Shown here piece after piece: positions 59,358 through 64,000 of a stretch of 64,000 bases of DNA. The DNA is from Amoebophrya sp. A120 (Eukaryota > Protista > Dinoflagellata): assembly GCA_905178155.1 (NCBI GenBank), contig CAJINV010000011.1, positions 581,982 to 645,981 on the forward strand, given 5' to 3'. The notes under the pieces were generated by a model. The model was not told the DNA's origin. It searched no databases and worked only from the letters and a program-made list of their open reading frames with translations. Both the position numbers and the translations under genes were made by a program. Position 1 is the stretch's first letter. Every line of letters begins with the position of its first letter.

Positions 59358-62300
59358 ATGTCTACTCCGGAGATCATTGGCCCCGCCGCTGGTGCTACAA
59401 CCCGGTCACAGGAGAACGAGGACTCGAAAATCCTCTGTGAGCCGGTTCCTGACGAGGAGGATGTGTCCACCGAAGTCCCCTCCCTGGTCCCCGACGAGGA
59501 CGAGCTTCCGCCGCTGCGGCGACGCACCAGCGAGTTTTCGCGGTCGATGTCCAAGGATTTTCCGGCGGTCACCGTGCATATTTTACCGGAGAAAGCGCAG
59601 ATATTTTCCCTCTTCGAGTGCCACGAGGTGTACACTATGGGGCGGGACATGCTAAACGAGCAGGCAGACAGAAGAGATAAAAAACCGAGTTCAACAACAA
59701 CATCTGGGCGGTCATCCTCGTCTTCCAAAGGCATAAGAACAACTTTGCAGCAACTCGGGAATTATCCTGTGCAAAAGTATCGTATTCGTATTGCAGTCAT
59801 GCATTACAAATCTTTTTCTTAGGGTAAATCCGCATTACAAATTTTATTTCTCATGCTGAGGAAATTTGTAATGCATTTATACGAGTGCGATACTTTTGGA
59901 GTTCATAGAAATCAGCTTTTAAGCCTGAGCAGGAGCGCCATGGAGCACCGGAGTAAGCTTCGGAATCTCTCTTATCAAATGTAAAAATGTCTGGGTCTGG
60001 AAGATTGCAACTTGTCATGCTGAATCTGGATCATGCAAAAATTTGTGTTGCATGATTACCAAAAGATGGCCACTTTTGACCAGTTTGGCAGCGAGTTTCT
60101 CATGCAGAATAGGCATGATAGACACCTCACAGCGTTTGTCATGCTAGGTGCTGCATTCCAGGCCCCATGGGTCATGGAAAAACTGCATCACAAATCTTGC
60201 ATTCTTCCAGACCCAGACATTTTTACAGTTGATATCTCTAGTCCCGATCAAAAGACCAGAGATAGCGCATCAAGCAGTACCGCCCTAAATTCAAGTACTG
60301 TCCCCGATGGACCCGGCTCCGGCACGACAAGCAGCAGTACGACCGCTACTACAGCTTCCACCTCGTTTCAGTTTCTGCACTACGCGCACTATTTCCGGGC
60401 GCATTTTCTCTCCTGTTCCGCGGTGTCCCACCCGTGCAAAACTATCATCACCGCGTTTCTGATCCTCCTCTACACGGTCATCGCCTACATTCCGTTCGGC
60501 GTGGGGAAAAAGTTCGTGACCACGATGACGCCCTACACGCTCCCCCCGATGATGGGATCGCTGGACGCGCGGATGTACGCATTCTGCAAATATGTCTTGG
60601 TCGGGAAGATGAGTGCGATACTTGTCCTATGCTGGTGTGGCATGACGCTGCGCTCTGTATTGCGTGGCCACGATGAAGAGCTCCTCCCGTCTGTCATGTA
60701 AGAACGCTGTTTCTCATGCGGGCTACGCAAGAACACAGAGCCACGGAAAAACCTGTCTTGCTTCGCGGTGCATTGCAGTGTGCTATGCTATTCGCTGACA
60801 TGCATTACAACTTTCCAGGCCCGGACATATTTGCACTCGATAGGATGTGCCGGGTGCGGGCGGAGTTGCTGAAGAACGCCCACGGGACGGTGTTGGACTT
60901 CGGCGCGGGGTCCGGTGTGTACATGAAGTACTGTTTTCCGAAAACGGAGAAAAACCAGTTCGGGCAGGACGGGAACAAGGCGAATTTCGTCCACAAGTAC
61001 ATCGCGCTCGAACCCAATTTGGAAATCGCCGCGCAGTTGAAGAGGCAGTCGGAGAAACTGATCCGCGAGTGCGAGGAGCTCCTGGGGCCGCAACGAGCGG
61101 TGTCCATGCCGGCGAAGGCGGTGTCCAGCATCCCGCCGGCTGGAAAAAGACTCGGAGTTGTCGCAGACGATATTTCGACCGGGGTTGCGAAAGTGGACAC
61201 CATCACATCATCTTCACCACCATCAGAGTTAGAAAGGGCAGCAGAAGGTGAAGGAGCGCATCTTCATGAGAAAAATAAATTTTCCATTCCACCGCGCAAG
61301 AGCTCGGACCCGGAGCTGTTTGGAGGTTCATTCGGAAGTCATTTTTTACCCTCGAGAAGAACCCTGCTGTCCGAAACGGAAACTCCCTCGTCCCCTACCT
61401 CTTCCGCCTGTTCACCGAAGCTGCCCAACGCGACGGCGCTCCGCCGCACCATCACCGAGAGCACCACGGCGAGCAGCACGGATTTTTCGCTTCCGAAACT
61501 CCAGAAACCCCGGCCAAGCTCATTCTCGGTTCAAACCGAGGATTTGTTTCCTACAACGCACGATGTCAGCGACGTAGAGGAGGAGGAGCCACTTTTGTTC
61601 CGGACGGATAGCGTTTCCTCGTGGAATAAAGTCACTAGTGGCCGGGGTGGCAGAAGTAGTCCACCCGCAGGAGCAGCTCCTGCAAGCCCGATCCAAGATC
61701 AGTACGGCATTCAAAAATCTAACAATCCGATGAAGCTCGAGCGGACGACGAGTGCTGTGAGTTCGTCGTCCACGACGATTCGAAGACGCGTTTCCACAAC
61801 GTCCAGCCGGGCGACGGCACCAGAAGACTACGCTCTGGACGACGAAATGGTGGCCGGCGGCGTGGACGAGAAGGAGGACTTCTACCCGCGAAAAGAACAA
61901 CATCAGCTCGATTTATTTGAAAACAGCAACAATGATGAAAACGTGCAAAACGACAAGAATTATGATCCGAGGGCGTACAATAGGAGTATGTTTGAGGAAA
62001 ATAAGAATATCAAATCCAACTCCAACACCTTCACTACCTCCCTCGGCACCTTTCCGCGCCGGAGGATGCTGAAACACATCCCGGAGGTCGAAGTTGTCAC
62101 GGAATACCTGCAAGAGTACGCGAAGCGGATCCCGGAGAACAGTATCGACTACATTTTACTGGGCAACGCGCTCTGCATGGTAGACGACGTGGAGAAAATT
62201 TTGCAAGATTTGAAACGGTTGCTCAAACCGGAGACGGGCCGGATTTTCTTCTCCGAGCACGTGGCGGCGCTCCCGCGGAACTCCTGGCGCCGGAAGCGCC

Positions 62301-62482
62301 AGGACTGGCTCAACCCGTGGTGGGCGCGGGTCAGCGACGGCTGCAACTGCAACCGGGACTCGCTGTCCAGCATGGCAAGCGTGTTCGGGAAGGATTTCGA
62401 CCTCGTCAGTTTTGAGATTGACAGCTGCGGTACGTGTCCCTGGAACGCTTTGTTTCAGGTAGGATTGGGGCGGAAGAAGTAG
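59358..62482 (+). CDS. Class I SAM-dependent methyltransferase (Methyltransf_11, METTL7/TMT1-like) with a membrane anchor and a long low-complexity insert; 3 introners
   Basis: VLDFGAGSG, ALEPN, SIDYILLGNALCMVDD...KRLLKP..GRIFFSEHV...W...DGCNCNRD; junctions in frame (LGN|QLL, NLS|SPD, ARM|CRVR). Confidence 0.85.
59763..59907. mobile_element. Introner, family F
   Basis: TIRs; flanks ggaat/gaaat. Confidence 0.9.
59973..60234. mobile_element. Introner, family A
   Basis: TIRs; perfect TSD tctct. Confidence 0.9.
60576..60842. mobile_element. Introner, family A (diverged)
   Basis: TIRs; perfect TSD ggatg. Confidence 0.85.
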
Positions 62483-63368
62483 AAAGGTCGTGTGTAGGAA
62501 AAACTTGTTTATCCACATGGAGTAAGTAGTAGATGACAGTTTGTTGTATAGTGCTGTAAAAATCTTAGTCTACTCCGTGAAGGTCGTACCTACTACTAGG
62601 TCGTGCAGTTGTAGTTCCGCTCATGACGGAGATGTTGATATTAAGACTTTTTTGGATTGCAGATTGTAGGCCGTGTGGCCTCCGACGGGTCGTGCACGCG
62701 CTTACCTAAATGCCATCTTCATATTAGCACGCAGATGATCACGTCGCACACGAGTTTCAGCAAAGCACTAGTCGGTTAGACTGCTTGTTGGAGCGTGTGC
62801 AAGATCGAGTTTGTCCAAGAAGAGTACCGCTAAATGACTCTTCCATGATGTTTTCTTCGATTTACACTATGAAAAGCCTACCCAGCACCTCCTCAATTGT
62901 ATAATTTTTTTTGGAATATACGTAATGGCGCAAAAAAGTCCAGTGGTCCAAGACGGGAGGTTAATATTCCAATCTACCTAGTAGCGCACGACCTTATTTT
63001 CGTGAAGACGGTGGCCCCACACTATTACATTTGTTGGGAGATCATGAAACTGTTTCGAACTTTTAACTGTATTTGTTTTGGTTCAGGCGGTACAAAGCAA
63101 AAATGAATCCGTCTCGCAATACTGAGCAGCTGCAGAAGTAAAGCGGCAGTTTGTCCTCGTAGCCACCTCGAGCACGTGTTCCGGTCTCCTGTTGAAATCG
63201 TTTTTCCTCCAATTTTGTTTGAAAAGCCGCATCTTCCCTGCGCCAGAAGAATGTCGAGCGCTGAACTAGAATTGCGTATTTTCAATAGCACGTCGCAGCG
63301 GTTTGTAAATACTGTCTTACGATCCACCACTACATCAAAAAGAAAAAATCAAGAGGAATAAAAGGAGA

Positions 63369-63965
63369 ATGGCCTCGTCGTTCGCTTTCGGCGCCGCTTT
63401 CGCGTCCGTTTACTCTCTCGCACGGTACTCCAAGCACGTTGACCCTCCGGTAGACGATTGGAAGCATCACCACACCGGGCATGATCCAACCTCCGCGTCG
63501 GGATCATCTATTTCAAGCAGCTCTTCATCTAGAGCACCGTTGGCCCAGCCTCCTCCCGGGGCGGCGGTGAAGCATCCAGCACAATTCATGCCGTCCCAAG
63601 TACTCCGGCAACATCAACATCAACATCCCCGCGCCACCAAGTCGACCGCGGTGCGGTGGGCGCAGCTTCACCGCTTTTCCAAGCGTGTGTTTCTCTGCGG
63701 TGTTACGACGGGATTATTGCATTTTCTGTTCACGAAACGCTACCACTACTTCTCGTCCCTCGCGTTAGACCGCTTGAAGGACGACAAAGCCCTGATGAAC
63801 TTCGCCGATTTCGCCCCGCCCGTACCGGGGATGAAGCCGATTCCGGTGGAGGAGATGGGGGACGGGGAAACGCTGGAGGAAATTCAGGCGGAGGAGCAGC
63901 GCTTGTTAAAAGAGCTGGAACGGAACGACCGGGACAGGAAACGATTTGCGGTCTGGACGTCGTGA
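63369..63965 (+). CDS. Hypothetical protein (198 aa, one or two hydrophobic segments)
   Basis: Uninterrupted ORF, coding-like composition, AT-rich flanks. Confidence 0.55.
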   Translation: MASSFAFGAAFASVYSLARYSKHVDPPVDDWKHHHTGHDPTSASGSSISSSSSSRAPLAQPPPGAAVKHPAQFMPSQVLRQHQHQHPRATKSTAVRWAQLHRFSKRVFLCGVTTGLLHFLFTKRYHYFSSLALDRLKDDKALMNFADFAPPVPGMKPIPVEEMGDGETLEEIQAEEQRLLKELERNDRDRKRFAVWTS

Positions 63966-64000
63966 AATTATTTGTTCCTCAGACGGCTGCTGGTGGGCAA

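Noticed and set aside
3498-60842. Ciliate-type TA-bounded internal eliminated sequences excised from DNA
   Set aside because: Frame restoration needs removal of both TAs plus one 5-bp repeat rather than retention of one TA, and end conservation follows transcription direction. Disfavoured, but not formally excluded without RNA and DNA data.

Overview
Eukaryotic, intron-rich DNA. The six-frame ORF track is fragmented because almost every gene is interrupted by short (about 110-450 bp, one 2.3 kb) transposon-like introns ('introners'). I delimited 61 of these elements by eye. Each has terminal inverted repeats (TIRs) starting TA and ending TA, a 5-bp flanking direct repeat (target-site duplication, TSD; about 39 of 61 perfect), and internal copies of a shared TTGT(C/G/A)ATGC motif. 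They fall into about 11 TIR families. Removing an element plus one TSD copy restores the reading frame at every junction I translated. That reconstruction yields an aldehyde dehydrogenase (11 introners), a roughly 20-kb PH/C2/transmembrane/DysF-domain gene (22 introners), a RING-H2 protein, an FkbM-like methyltransferase, a METTL7-like methyltransferase and several hypothetical proteins. The inferred introns are not GT-AG: they begin TA and end in an arbitrary 5-mer. They coexist with a few ordinary GT-AG introns. This architecture resembles the non-canonical introner elements reported, as I recall, for the parasitic dinoflagellate Amoebophrya; that taxonomic attribution is an inference. Mutational asymmetries in this window suggest a specific splicing rule: an invariant UA at the 5' TIR and a 3' cut placed 5 nt beyond the 3' TIR. 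No transposase is visible. All coordinates were read manually and may be off by a few bases.
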